A DNA stretch of 64,000 nucleotides from Thermodesulfobacteriota bacterium (lineage in GTDB: Bacteria > Desulfobacterota_D > UBA1144 > Nemesobacterales > UBA2774): the NCBI GenBank assembly GCA_040754335.1, contig JBFMCV010000005.1, positions 263,586 through 327,585 of the forward strand, given 5' to 3'. The notes below the pieces were generated by a model. That model did no database searches. It was not told the origin of the DNA and was given only the letters and a program-made list of their open reading frames with translations. Below, in pieces: positions 18,022-28,159 of this stretch; the first letter of the stretch is position 1, and every line of letters starts with the position of its first letter. The position numbers and the translations under genes were made by a program.

Positions 18022-19584
18022 TCACGCGATTTGGGCTTTCTTCTGCCTCTTTTCCATTTCGGACTTGAGGTAGGCGTTCTGGTCGTGGTAGATAGCGCCC
18101 TCGGGCAGGTATTCCCAGAGGGGGCCGAGGTCCTTCTTCATTATATCGATGTAGAACTGGGGTATCTCCCTCGTCTCGCCCTCGAAGAACGCCCTGAACT
18201 GAACATCATCGTCCAAAAATTTCCTTATCTTGCGATAGTACCGAAGACGCCCGAAGCCTTCCGTGGAGACGGCGCGCATCAGGTTCATCCACCGGGGAAT
18301 GCGAGTCCTCGTTTTCCTGAAGCGGTTGTAGATAGAGCGCCACGAGTACGAGTATTCGGCAAGCCCGATTATATTGTCGTAGAATTCGGGCCATGAGTAG
18401 TTCCTGGGCTTCACGTTAGAGGCGTGGCTGTTGTTCATAAAATGGAACGGGAACGGGAGCACCCTGTCCTCGCTCTGGTATTCGAGGTTGAGCGGCGCAG
18501 CCCTGCCGAAAGCCGTGATAAGCGGATAGGCAGGGAAAGCGGCGGGAGCGAGATCGACGAACCTCTTCGTGAGCTCGAAAGACTCCGCCCCGTTATCGCT
18601 GTCGAGCCCGACGACGAAATTCGTCTGCACGTAGGGTATGTAACTCAGTATTTGATTTATATGCTCCGAGACGGCCTTTACCTTTTCCATCCCCTGCTTC
18701 GCCCCGGTCTTGGACTTATTCCCCATATCGAACCAGGATTCGATGCCCGGCAGTACGGCCTGGAAGCAGTTTTGTTTGAGGCGCTTCAGGTGGGGCTCGG
18801 AAAGGAGAGAGAGGCTGCTCTCGGCTATGAAGTCGATGCTCCCTACCGGTACGGCTTCTTCGATCGCGTTCATGTAATCGTCGAAACGTACGCCGAAGTT
18901 GGGGTCGTACCAGCTCACAAGCGGCCGTTTTATCTTCGTCCGGACGAATCTTAAATCTTCCTTGAGCATATCGAAGTCGAGCGGCTGATAAGGCTCGCTC
19001 GCGTCGATGCAGAAGCTGCATGTATAAGGGCAGCCGAGGCTCCCGATCATCGGGACTACCTTAAAGAGGAAAGTCGTCTTCTCCAGCGCCTTCGAGATGT
19101 ACTTCCAGCGCTCCCTCACTCCGGGGAGGTGTTTCGGTGAGCTCTTCGCCGACAAGCTCACACCTTCGGGCCTGTAGGGCCTGCAGTCCTCGAGCACGTC
19201 CCGGCATAGCTCCTCGTCGGTGATCCCCATTACGTAGTCGAAATACTTGACCGCGTCTTCGGGGTAACAGCGTGCGTGAGGACCTCCAAGAGCGGTGACT
19301 ACGCCCTCCCGCCTGTATTTCGCACTAAGCGCATAAGCCTGAATTGCGGATTGAGTAAAGGCGCTTATGAAGACCATGTCCACGTCTTTCGGCGCGTCCT
19401 TAGCCAGGTCTTCGAGCCCCGTAAAAATGAAATATTGAACCTCGTGTCCCGCGTCCTCGCACCATTTGGCTATGACCTGGGGCATGATGCCCATGAAGTT
19501 TGCGTGCATAACGCGCGCCCAGATAGAATGGTTAGGGGACTTTGTGATGAAGTCGATTACGCCGATTTTGAGTTTCTGCATCAA
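18022..19584 (-). CDS. B12-binding-domain radical SAM enzyme (class B rSAM)
   Basis: N-terminal Rossmann-like B12-binding region. Radical SAM cluster motif GCPYTCSFC (Cx3Cx2C). About 520 aa, typical of class B rSAM methyltransferase-like enzymes. Confidence 0.8.
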   Translation of the reverse strand: MMQKLKIGVIDFITKSPNHSIWARVMHANFMGIMPQVIAKWCEDAGHEVQYFIFTGLEDLAKDAPKDVDMVFISAFTQSAIQAYALSAKYRREGVVTALGGPHARCYPEDAVKYFDYVMGITDEELCRDVLEDCRPYRPEGVSLSAKSSPKHLPGVRERWKYISKALEKTTFLFKVVPMIGSLGCPYTCSFCIDASEPYQPLDFDMLKEDLRFVRTKIKRPLVSWYDPNFGVRFDDYMNAIEEAVPVGSIDFIAESSLSLLSEPHLKRLKQNCFQAVLPGIESWFDMGNKSKTGAKQGMEKVKAVSEHINQILSYIPYVQTNFVVGLDSDNGAESFELTKRFVDLAPAAFPAYPLITAFGRAAPLNLEYQSEDRVLPFPFHFMNNSHASNVKPRNYSWPEFYDNIIGLAEYSYSWRSIYNRFRKTRTRIPRWMNLMRAVSTEGFGRLRYYRKIRKFLDDDVQFRAFFEGETREIPQFYIDIMKKDLGPLWEYLPEGAIYHDQNAYLKSEMEKRQKKAQIA

Positions 19585-20051
19585 GCTCCCGATTAAATCT
19601 CACGACACTAGTAGGGTCCGTTCTGGTTTAATCAGGAATGGAATAAATTCAGAAGGGTCTACTTACCATTTTCTGTAAGAGAACATTAAAGAGCCCAGGA
19701 AGATCATCTACGCTCTTTCAGAACATTTACAGAATACACGAAGGGTGGGGAGAAAGCAATCGTGATTAGAAATTCCCCTTAGGGGAGAGGGGAGTCGAGA
19801 AGACGAAGGACAGGGTATGTATATATTCAGACGACAGGCGGGCGGGAGCTGTAAGTTATTGCGGCATATGGGCTATCCGACTGTAGGGGAGTAGGCCGGC
19901 GATGAAAAAAGGTTGAGAGTAACCCAAAGAATCCAATTGTAATAGTAATAAAATTATTTTAATATCGACAGGGGGGATATTCTGCGATGACAAAATAAAC
20001 TATGCGTCATGTGATTATTAGTGAGGCATGAAGCAAAAGGAGGCGGGCATC

Positions 20052-21422
20052 ATGGGTATTTCAATATGTAATAAGCAGAATATTTCGGGGCGCTTGGGCA
20101 GTGACTTAATCGGAATTGCAGCAGTACTCCTCTTGTCGTTTTTTTCTCTCGATGTCCTTAGTAATTTTTCCTCGGCTCAGGAGGACTGCACGATTATGCA
20201 GGTTACCGATACAGTAGGCGGAGAGTCCGATGTTTGGTTTTTGAACTCGGGCGGGACATTGGGGGGTTTTGATTCCAATGCGGATGTAAACGGAGGTAAT
20301 CCCGACGGCAGCTTCGAAGCGTATCTGATCAACACGGATACGTTTGTCATAACACAGCTGACCGACAACGCGGGATTGGACAGCTTTCCCTTCGATATAT
20401 CCGCGGGGGACAACATCGTCGCTCTGTCTTCTGAAGGGGATCCGACGGGGGATAATCCTGACGGCAACAGGGAGATATTCCTGTTCGACAGGGGGACGGA
20501 GATATTCACTCAGATAACGGATACAACGGGTGAAGATAATATCGTTCCAGCGCTGAACAGCGACGGCACACTGATTGCCTTTGACTCTTCCGCGGATGTA
20601 ACTGGCGGGAACCCTGACGGGAACAGGGAGATATTCCTCTACGATGCCGATACGGATACATTCACTCAGATAACCGATACCGTGTCCGGAGACAGCCTCG
20701 TTCCCGACATAACGCCCGACGGGACCACCATCGGCTTTCATTCTTCCGCAGACCTGACCGGCTCAAACCCTGACGCGAGCCTGGAGGTATTTCTATTTGA
20801 CGTGGTCTCGATGACGTTTACACAGATAACGGACGGTGACGGCATAAATAGCGCGACGGCCGCGCTAAGCTCCGACGGCGGGGTTATCGGGCTCAACAGC
20901 GATACTAATCCGACAGGCGGGAACCCCGATAACAACCGTGAGATATTCCTGTTCGATACCGTTGCTATGTCATTCACGCAGGTGACGGATTCAGCTGATA
21001 CGGATAATGGCGGACCTTCTATAAGCGCGGACGGCACACGTCTCGTATTTACTTCACGCGCCAATCTGACCGGAGATAATCCCGACGGGAATAGAGAGGT
21101 GTTCCTTTTTGACGCAAATACGGGAATTACCACTCAGATAACCGATAGCGTGGGCGGCAGCTTCTCGGACGCCGTAATAAGCGGCGACGGCACGAGGATA
21201 CTGTTCACTTCGGGTTCGGATATTACGGGGGAGAACCCGGACGGGAACATAGAGGTCTATTTCGCCGACTGCCGCGTGATAGTAAGCGACGGCGACACAA
21301 GCGGCGGGTGCGCGATTGCCGGGGAGGTTTCGCCGGGTCAGGCGGGGGTAAATGCAGCCATAATGCTGCTCATTCTTTTCGCTGGGGTTTCAGGGGTGCT
21401 GAGGAAGAGAAAACGGGTTTAG
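20052..21422 (+). CDS. Secreted protein with about 9 PD40 (WD40-like beta-propeller) repeats and a Cys-containing C-terminal sorting-like signal
   Basis: Repeated S(S/D)DG..IAF.S.ADLTG.NPDGN.EIFL(F/Y)D units. C-terminus GGCAIAGEVSPGQAGVNAAIMLLILFAGVSGVLRKRKRV (motif, TM, then basic tail). Start moved to the ATG at 20052, which sits 8 nt after the RBS AAGGAGG. Confidence 0.75.
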   Translation: MGISICNKQNISGRLGSDLIGIAAVLLLSFFSLDVLSNFSSAQEDCTIMQVTDTVGGESDVWFLNSGGTLGGFDSNADVNGGNPDGSFEAYLINTDTFVITQLTDNAGLDSFPFDISAGDNIVALSSEGDPTGDNPDGNREIFLFDRGTEIFTQITDTTGEDNIVPALNSDGTLIAFDSSADVTGGNPDGNREIFLYDADTDTFTQITDTVSGDSLVPDITPDGTTIGFHSSADLTGSNPDASLEVFLFDVVSMTFTQITDGDGINSATAALSSDGGVIGLNSDTNPTGGNPDNNREIFLFDTVAMSFTQVTDSADTDNGGPSISADGTRLVFTSRANLTGDNPDGNREVFLFDANTGITTQITDSVGGSFSDAVISGDGTRILFTSGSDITGENPDGNIEVYFADCRVIVSDGDTSGGCAIAGEVSPGQAGVNAAIMLLILFAGVSGVLRKRKRV

Positions 21423-21500
21423 CCTAGCCTTATGCGTTGGAATTTGCTGAGAAAATTCCCCGCGGCGGATGAGCCCGCCGCGGGGAGTGTGGAACAAGTT

Positions 21501-22319
21501 CTAATTCTTCGCTTCCGGCGTGAATTCGCTTACTACGACATACTGCGGGTATACGAAGCTTCCCTGAGTCCATATCGCCCAGTCGGGCGCCTCTGCTAGG
21601 GGCTTTATCTTGTTGAGCGGGTGGTCTTCCGGGGCCTTGAACGTTATCTTCGGATTCTTCATCTCGACCGTGCCGCCGACCCAGGGTATCGGGTACTTCA
21701 CTACCTGGCTCGTCGTTTTGCCGTCTTTCTCTTCCGTCATTAATCCGAAGTAATTGAGGTGTCCTCCGCCGAAATTCCCGAGCTCGCTCCCTACGTCGGC
21801 AGTCGCCTCGATGAGGGGCTTTCCGTCAGCCGATGTGAGCACGGCAGTGAGCTTGCCGTCCTTTACCGTGGTGGTCGTCATGCCTTCCTGCGCGGGGATG
21901 CCTATCTTCTTCGTGTATTCGCGCATGGCGGGCGAGCTGTTGAAGTAATAGACGAAGTACCTCCCCGGGATCGTCGTATCTGACCCCATGACGTACGAGT
22001 CCTGGCCGTTCAGCTCGACGGTGAGATAGGTGAGCGTGTAGGCCCCGAAGCCCGAGGTCTGTGTCGCGTTCGGAACAGTGTACATGTTGATGACTATATG
22101 CCCCGCCGGGTTGGGCTCTAGTCCCGGCGGCAGGAGGGCTTTAAGCGTCTCGGGGTCGGTCTTGTAGGCCGCTATGAACATCCACGCGTCCGTCACAAGC
22201 TGGGGCGCGGGAAGGTCGGCGGCACGGGCGGCGTCCGCCTTCCAGACGCTCCCCACAGCGGACAGGGCGATCGATGCAAAAAGCAAAGCGGTACAGAATA
22301 TCTTGGCTAATCTTCTCAT
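21501..22319 (-). CDS. Hypothetical secreted protein
   Basis: Signal peptide MRRLAKIFCTALLFASIALSAVG. ORF only. Confidence 0.5.
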   Translation of the reverse strand: MRRLAKIFCTALLFASIALSAVGSVWKADAARAADLPAPQLVTDAWMFIAAYKTDPETLKALLPPGLEPNPAGHIVINMYTVPNATQTSGFGAYTLTYLTVELNGQDSYVMGSDTTIPGRYFVYYFNSSPAMREYTKKIGIPAQEGMTTTTVKDGKLTAVLTSADGKPLIEATADVGSELGNFGGGHLNYFGLMTEEKDGKTTSQVVKYPIPWVGGTVEMKNPKITFKAPEDHPLNKIKPLAEAPDWAIWTQGSFVYPQYVVVSEFTPEAKN

Positions 22320-22672
22320 AACATATCTCCTTTGATGATATGGGATAGATGCTGATACATTTTTAATACTAATATGAGAAGCCCGGCCGTTGCAAGAGGT
22401 TTTTAAACGCCCGGACGATAAGTCGAAGACAGAGTAATCCCAGTATTTGCGGGGGCTAAGCTTGAGAAACTAACGTTTGTACCAGGGATGGATAATTCGA
22501 AACAGGATTGACCACCCTCCAATCCTCCTTTATTCAATCGAAGAAAGGTCAATCTGCTACACAAGCTATTCTCATCGATTTTCACAATTATGTCAAGACT
22601 CTTTGTGCTTATGGAGGAAAGGCCGCCGGGAGCCGGGCCGGGCCGGGTCGTATTTTGAGGCTGGAAGCCGTA

Positions 22673-23293
22673 TCACAGGGACGACTTTTCACACATATAA
22701 ATGAATGCCGGCGGGATGTTACTCCACACGATCGGGCTCGTTTCGACTTTGTCGAATTTTGCATAGAGCTTCTTTTTGAACCTCCAGGCCGCTGGAGCCA
22801 CGACCCCGAGCACGTATGCATATGTCAGAAATAAGCCACCCGGCTTTAACACGTCGTAGATGGAATCGAGTATGAGCTGCTGGGTCTCTCCGTTGAATGT
22901 AGACCACGGGAGGCTGCTGATAATCCGGTCGCAGCCGCTCTCTCCGTGCATCTCCAGGTGCTTCATGACGTATTCGGCCGAGGACTGGTAGACGACGGCG
23001 TCGGGGCACTTTCTTTTGGTAGCCTCGACGAATGCGGGGTTTATCTCGAGTGCGAAGAAAGTAGTGCTCTCGGCTTTTTTCCGCATTATTTTTTCAGTAA
23101 CTACACCCGTCCCCGAGCCGAGCTCGATCACCGTGGAAACGTCCCCGAGTCCCGCCATGTCCGTCATCAGCTCGCAGAGCCTGTCGCTCGAAGGAAGGAT
23201 GGCTCCGGTTCTTGCCGGATTTATTATGAACTGGGTGAAGAATTTAAGGTTGTACTCTAGCTCCGTATCGGCGCTGATGTCGTTTCTTCTCAT
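22673..23293 (-). CDS. Class I SAM-dependent methyltransferase (small, PmtA-like)
   Basis: Motif I VIELGSGTGVVTEK. About 200 aa. ISSLPW post-II motif resembling phospholipid N-methyltransferases. Confidence 0.6.
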   Translation of the reverse strand: MRRNDISADTELEYNLKFFTQFIINPARTGAILPSSDRLCELMTDMAGLGDVSTVIELGSGTGVVTEKIMRKKAESTTFFALEINPAFVEATKRKCPDAVVYQSSAEYVMKHLEMHGESGCDRIISSLPWSTFNGETQQLILDSIYDVLKPGGLFLTYAYVLGVVAPAAWRFKKKLYAKFDKVETSPIVWSNIPPAFIYMCEKSSL

Positions 23294-23547
23294 CGCGTAT
23301 TGCCCCGTACTGCTGCAGCGCCGTAATAAGAGTGGCTATTAGGGGCGTGCAACCGTTTGTTATAAGCCTTTCTTTATACATCGATTGGGGGGAAATGTCA
23401 ATTTTTATGGCGTATTGGTGTTATCTCGCGAGAGCCCCGGCTCTTTTTGACAAATTATTGTTGTATAATTACAATCCCGAATGATCTTCTGAGAATTTAA
23501 TCACCGTTAGTGATTTATCATCACCTGATTGAAACGGCGGACATCGG

Positions 23548-24303
23548 ATGCAGGATGAAATAATTATAGACATAAAGGACGTTTATAAATCCTTCGGCCC
23601 CAAGGAAGTCCATATGGGCCTCACGCTGTCCATCAAAAAAGGGGAAAATATCACCGTGCTCGGCGGGAGCGGCTCGGGAAAGAGCGTGCTGCTCAAGGAA
23701 ATCACGGGGCTTCTGAAACCCGACTCGGGGGACGTTATAGTGGAAGGAGAAAATATCGTACCGATGGAAGAGAATGATCTCGTCAACGTGAGGAAGAAGA
23801 TGGGCATGCTTTTTCAGGGCGCCGCGCTCTTCGATTCGCTCACGGTCGAGGAGAACGTCGCATATCCGCTGAGAGAGAATACGAAGCTGCCGGAGAACGA
23901 AATCAGGGACATGGTCGCTAAAAACCTCGAGCTCGTTGGGCTTCCGGGGATAGAGGACAAGATGCCGTCCGACCTGAGCGGCGGTATGAAGAAGAGGGTC
24001 GGACTCGCGAGGGCGATGGCGATGAACCCGCGCATACTACTTTACGACGAGCCTACGACAGGGCTCGACCCGCCCAATATAAGCAGGATAAACCAGCTCA
24101 TAAGGCACATGCAGGCCCAGTTCGGCATAACGGCCGTCATAATCACGCACGACGTGAAGAGCGCTTTCGAGATATCTGACAGGATCGCGTTCCTCCATCA
24201 CGGGAAGATCATATTCACAGGGACCGTGAGCGATGCGGAAAAAACCGATATAGAGATCCTGAGCGACTTCATACACGGCAGGATGGGCGGGGCCGACGAG
24301 TGA
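23548..24303 (+). CDS. ABC transporter ATP-binding protein (MlaF-like)
   Basis: Walker A GGSGSGKSVLLK. Signature LSGGMKKRVGLARA. Walker B ILLYDEPTTGLD. H-loop ITHD. Confidence 0.85.
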   Translation: MQDEIIIDIKDVYKSFGPKEVHMGLTLSIKKGENITVLGGSGSGKSVLLKEITGLLKPDSGDVIVEGENIVPMEENDLVNVRKKMGMLFQGAALFDSLTVEENVAYPLRENTKLPENEIRDMVAKNLELVGLPGIEDKMPSDLSGGMKKRVGLARAMAMNPRILLYDEPTTGLDPPNISRINQLIRHMQAQFGITAVIITHDVKSAFEISDRIAFLHHGKIIFTGTVSDAEKTDIEILSDFIHGRMGGADE

Positions 24304-24328
24304 ATTATTTCACCGACACGGGCCTCCG

Positions 24329-24802
24329 CTAATAATCTCCCGGGGTGTCGAGTCCTTCGACTCCGGTGATCTTCCATCCGCCGATTCCCGATTTTTCGAG
24401 AGTGACCGTGACGTTGTCCGGGGACCCATCGCTTCCTATCAGTGTATGCGGCATTCCGGATTCGTGTCCCTTGACTAGGACATCAAGGTTTGCCGCGGCC
24501 TCCTTTTCGCCGGATTCGTTTTTGCCGAAGACGACGGAGAGCCCCGAGTACGAGACCTCGATCCTGTCGTACCGCTCAATGGCCTTCTTGATTATATTCT
24601 TCACGGCGGGGTAGCTCTCTCCGTATTCGCCTTTGTATTGAAGGGAGAAGTGTTCGGTTACGCCGTCCGTATCTTTATTGTCCGCCGCGACTATCATTTT
24701 ATTGAATACCGCTTCTATATCCCCCGCATCGTTCCCGCGCGGGAAGAAAAAATATATAACAGCCAGGGCCGCTACGACCAGAATCAGCAGATATTTCGAC
24801 AC
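24329..24802 (-). CDS. Hypothetical membrane-anchored protein
   Basis: N-terminal TM (YLLILVVAALAVIYFFF) plus a soluble domain. ORF only. Confidence 0.45.
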   Translation of the reverse strand: MSKYLLILVVAALAVIYFFFPRGNDAGDIEAVFNKMIVAADNKDTDGVTEHFSLQYKGEYGESYPAVKNIIKKAIERYDRIEVSYSGLSVVFGKNESGEKEAAANLDVLVKGHESGMPHTLIGSDGSPDNVTVTLEKSGIGGWKITGVEGLDTPGDY

Positions 24803-24811
24803 GGAGAAAGT

Positions 24812-27205
24812 TTACTTTAAGTCGACTTTCTTTTCACTGCCGTAAGATTCCGCGCTCAAATCCGTGCCGTCCGTTTCGACGGTTACCTCTCCGAGGACGG
24901 AAGTATCGAAGACTGCAACATGCCTTAGGGATTCTCTTAGCGGAACGTCGTCAGCCATGAGCGACGGATCATGCTCTCCCGTTACCAGAATGCGGGGCGA
25001 TACCTCGTTCAGGAATGAAGAAAACGCTTCGTCTGTAATAACGGGAGAAATAAAGAGGACGTCGCTCCTCAGCCTCTCCCCGTAAGTGCCCGTGAGCGCC
25101 GAAAGAGCCTTGGCATCGCCGAGGGACTCGCCCGTGAGAAAAATCCGGTTCTCGAAAGCAAGCCTGAGCGCGAGCGGGCGGGGGAGAGAAGAGTCCCTGA
25201 TTACGAAGTCGCCGCCGGGCTTAAATACTTCCAGTTTCGATCCATCGCCAAGTGGGATCTCGTCCATGCCGGCAAGGTCTTGCCAATTTATCCCCTTCTC
25301 CTTGATGATTCCCCAGAGCCCGCCGTCGAGCTTGTCGCCGTTCGTTATTACCTTACCTACCCTGAAATTCTCGAGCAGGTATTTCGCGCCGCTCATGTGG
25401 TCCTTATCTGTCGAAGTCAGAATCAGTATGTCGATACCGTTCACTCCGGAATGGAGCAGGAATCTGCCGGCCACGTTTCTTTCTATGTACCCCTTCCTGT
25501 CGAGGTTCGAATAGCCGCCGTCTATGAGGAGGTTTCTGCCGCCCGGGAGCTCGAAGAAGACAATGCTTTTATCCTCTCCGGCGTCGAGGAAGCTTGCCGT
25601 TAGTCCGCGGCCGCGATACCTCTCGATAACCGGGTACGCCGCGCTCAGTACGAATGCGAGCGCTATCGCGGGAAGGATGAATTTTATCCTCCCGTATCTT
25701 CCCGCGAGCAGTATGGCTATGCCGAGGGCAAAGAAGAGCAGAAGGCTGAGCGCGCCGAGAGGGGGTATCGTCAGGGACGAGTACGGTATATCGAGCAGCA
25801 GCCCGATGCCGAATACCATCATGTTGATGAAATGTATGTTGATGGATATGAGTGCCCACGCTATGCGTTCGGAAATCATAAATACAAGGAAAGAGAGTAG
25901 GCCCAGAGGCACTATCAGAAGCTCGACGAGCGGCACCAAGACGATGTTCGCCGGTACGGATACGAGGGGGAGTATGCCGAACGAGTTTATTATCAGCGGG
26001 AACGTCGCGAACGTGGCGGCGCACGTCGTCTTTACGAGAGTCGCCGCCTTATCCCTTAGCGTGCCGAACCTGAAGGGGAAGAACTTGTGCGCGAGCAGGA
26101 TGCCGAGAACTGCCGCGAACGAGAGCTGGAACGAGAGCTCGAACAAAGACCACGGGTGCCAGAGGAGAATGACGAACCCTGCAACGCCCAGGGTATTCAG
26201 CTTGTTTTCGTCCCTCCCGGCCATTATCGCGAGGAAGAAAACGGATATCATGATAAAGGCCCTGACCGCGGGAGTGTTGAAGCCGGCGACGGCGGTATAG
26301 AAGAAGAGAGGCAGTATCGTTAATGCCGCCGCGATCTTCATCACCTTGAAGCGAAGCATCATGTACTCGGAGCGCTTGAGAAGCCATTTGATCAAGAGAA
26401 AGAAGACCACGGCCACAGCGCCTACGTGAAGACCCGACACGGATAGCACATGGGCCACTCCGGCTTTCGAGAACTCCACCCTCGCGCCGGGCGGGATGCC
26501 GCCGTCGTCTCCTATGGTGAGCGCGTTAAGTATCTCGTTCCCGGGCGGCGGGAAATTCGTCCTAACGAAGTTCCCGTACCGGAGCCTGAGCCTGTCGAGG
26601 GAATATATGACGGAGCTATACGATTTATCGCGCCCGAACGAGATGATGTACTCGCTTCCCTCGACGAACCCCGTCGCGTAGACGCCCTGTCTTTCATAGT
26701 ACTTTCTGACGTCGAACGCACCTTCGTTTCTGAAATTGGTAACGGGCTTAAGCTTTACGCCTATAACGCGTATCCTGTCCCCGTACGAGATCCCGGGGGC
26801 GTCTTCAGCCGTCGAGATTATGACCTTTCCGTTCACCGGTTCTGGGACCCCGTCCGCTATCGCATATTCCGTATCTAAAAAGAGCCTGGATCCCGTTTCC
26901 TTTTTCTCGGGAGACTTGTAGACAGTACCTTCGAGGTCGATCTTCGTTCCCTCGAACGACGTAATGCCCGCGCCGGGGGAATATAAAGGGCCCACGCTGA
27001 AAAGAATGCCGATCGGGATGAATAAAAGGAACCTCAGGGCCGGTGCGAGGAGGGCGATTATGCCGAAAAGAGGGGTCGTTATTGCGATAACGAGCCAGGG
27101 GGTCCCTATATACTCGTTCAACAGAATGCCTGCGCAGAGTCCTGAGAGAGGGGGGATTATTTTATACCTTGCCGTGAAATCCCGTAAGATGGCTGCGATC
27201 CGCAT
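24812..27205 (-). CDS. comEC: DNA internalisation competence protein ComEC/Rec2 (DUF4131, competence and metallo-beta-lactamase domains)
   Basis: Multi-TM competence domain with the HVLSVSGLHVGAV motif. C-terminal MBL fold (LTASFLDAGEDKSIVFFELPGGRNLLIDGG ... HDHMSG). Confidence 0.85.
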   Translation of the reverse strand: MRIAAILRDFTARYKIIPPLSGLCAGILLNEYIGTPWLVIAITTPLFGIIALLAPALRFLLFIPIGILFSVGPLYSPGAGITSFEGTKIDLEGTVYKSPEKKETGSRLFLDTEYAIADGVPEPVNGKVIISTAEDAPGISYGDRIRVIGVKLKPVTNFRNEGAFDVRKYYERQGVYATGFVEGSEYIISFGRDKSYSSVIYSLDRLRLRYGNFVRTNFPPPGNEILNALTIGDDGGIPPGARVEFSKAGVAHVLSVSGLHVGAVAVVFFLLIKWLLKRSEYMMLRFKVMKIAAALTILPLFFYTAVAGFNTPAVRAFIMISVFFLAIMAGRDENKLNTLGVAGFVILLWHPWSLFELSFQLSFAAVLGILLAHKFFPFRFGTLRDKAATLVKTTCAATFATFPLIINSFGILPLVSVPANIVLVPLVELLIVPLGLLSFLVFMISERIAWALISINIHFINMMVFGIGLLLDIPYSSLTIPPLGALSLLLFFALGIAILLAGRYGRIKFILPAIALAFVLSAAYPVIERYRGRGLTASFLDAGEDKSIVFFELPGGRNLLIDGGYSNLDRKGYIERNVAGRFLLHSGVNGIDILILTSTDKDHMSGAKYLLENFRVGKVITNGDKLDGGLWGIIKEKGINWQDLAGMDEIPLGDGSKLEVFKPGGDFVIRDSSLPRPLALRLAFENRIFLTGESLGDAKALSALTGTYGERLRSDVLFISPVITDEAFSSFLNEVSPRILVTGEHDPSLMADDVPLRESLRHVAVFDTSVLGEVTVETDGTDLSAESYGSEKKVDLK

Positions 27206-27562
27206 TATCGTGTGTTCCGTAAGTATCCGACGTCCGGTCCGGGTTTGAGTATCAATTATATGACGAAGAGAGTGATATTCTCAATATCGAGAATCATCGT
27301 CGTACTACCCATAATCATTTATGATTGAAGCATCGGTTCGGTTTAGTAAGGGGATCCATCGAAAATTAGTTTTTATCGGAGTCTTTTCTTCATTTTGTAA
27401 TCAATTCATCGACCCAACTGAGGCTTGGTTTGTTTATATCAATCCCTCCTTGACGTATCAATCAATGATGCTATAATAATCATAACAGAATCATCACTTG
27501 GCCGATTGTTTTTGTTTGGTGATTCAGTTATATTAAAAAAGCACACTCGAAGAGGTGTTATT

Positions 27563-27991
27563 ATGATTGAGATTAGAGAAGCAATAGCTCAGAAAAAACG
27601 TGATATAGCCCGTCTTCGTTCAGCGGTAGCTGAACTTAAAGAAGCGGAAGAAGATCTAAAGGCTCTTGAACGGGCATATGAGTTAATGGGTGGTGCAAAT
27701 GAAAAGTCACCACAGCCGAAACTATCGATTGAACCGACTGATAAGACACAAAATCTAACCATTTCTGAAGCAGTGGAGATGATTCTAAATAAACGGAAAA
27801 CACCCTTACACATGGATGAAATCTTGAAAGAAATCAACGTAACCTACGGTAAAGATACAACAAAAGAAGCTTTGGCGGTCGCAATAGGCCGTAGTATGGC
27901 AAGACATAAGATCTTTATCAAAACAGATCCCGCAACGTATGGGTTAGTTACATGGTATCAGAAAGAAAATGATAAAAATAAAAAAGAATAG
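27563..27991 (+). CDS. Small protein with N-terminal coiled coil and C-terminal HARE-HTH-like winged-helix domain
   Basis: Located in an AT-rich stretch. C-terminal segment TISEAVEMILNKRKTPLHMDEILKEI...TDPATYGLVTW matches the HARE-HTH pattern (ends F.k...G.YGL). Start set at the ATG at 27563 after GAAGAGGTG. Confidence 0.45.
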   Translation: MIEIREAIAQKKRDIARLRSAVAELKEAEEDLKALERAYELMGGANEKSPQPKLSIEPTDKTQNLTISEAVEMILNKRKTPLHMDEILKEINVTYGKDTTKEALAVAIGRSMARHKIFIKTDPATYGLVTWYQKENDKNKKE

Positions 27992-28085
27992 GCGTTTAAT
28001 CGTGATCTTGTTCTTGAAAGGTGATAATTACGAAGAAAGCGGAGAAAGATACCCTAAATATCCTTCTCCGCTCAAACATGTTTTT

Positions 28086-28159
28086 GCTGCTGTCGTCTAG
28101 AGGGTCGAGGACACCCGACTTTGGATCGGGTAACGGGGGTTCAAATCCCCCCAGCAGCA
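28086..28159 (+). tRNA. tRNA-Gln (anticodon TTG)
   Basis: Acceptor GCTGCTG/CAGCAGC. Glu/Gln-type D-arm TCGTCTAGAGGGTCGAGGAC. Anticodon arm CCCGA-CTTTGGA-TCGGG. T-arm GGGGGTTCAAATCCCCC. CCA not encoded. Confidence 0.75.

Noticed and set aside
19585-20050. Cobalamin riboswitch in the spacer next to the B12-radical-SAM gene
   Set aside because: I could not find a B12-box (GCCACTG-like) or the conserved riboswitch stems by eye. Left as something to test with a covariance model only.
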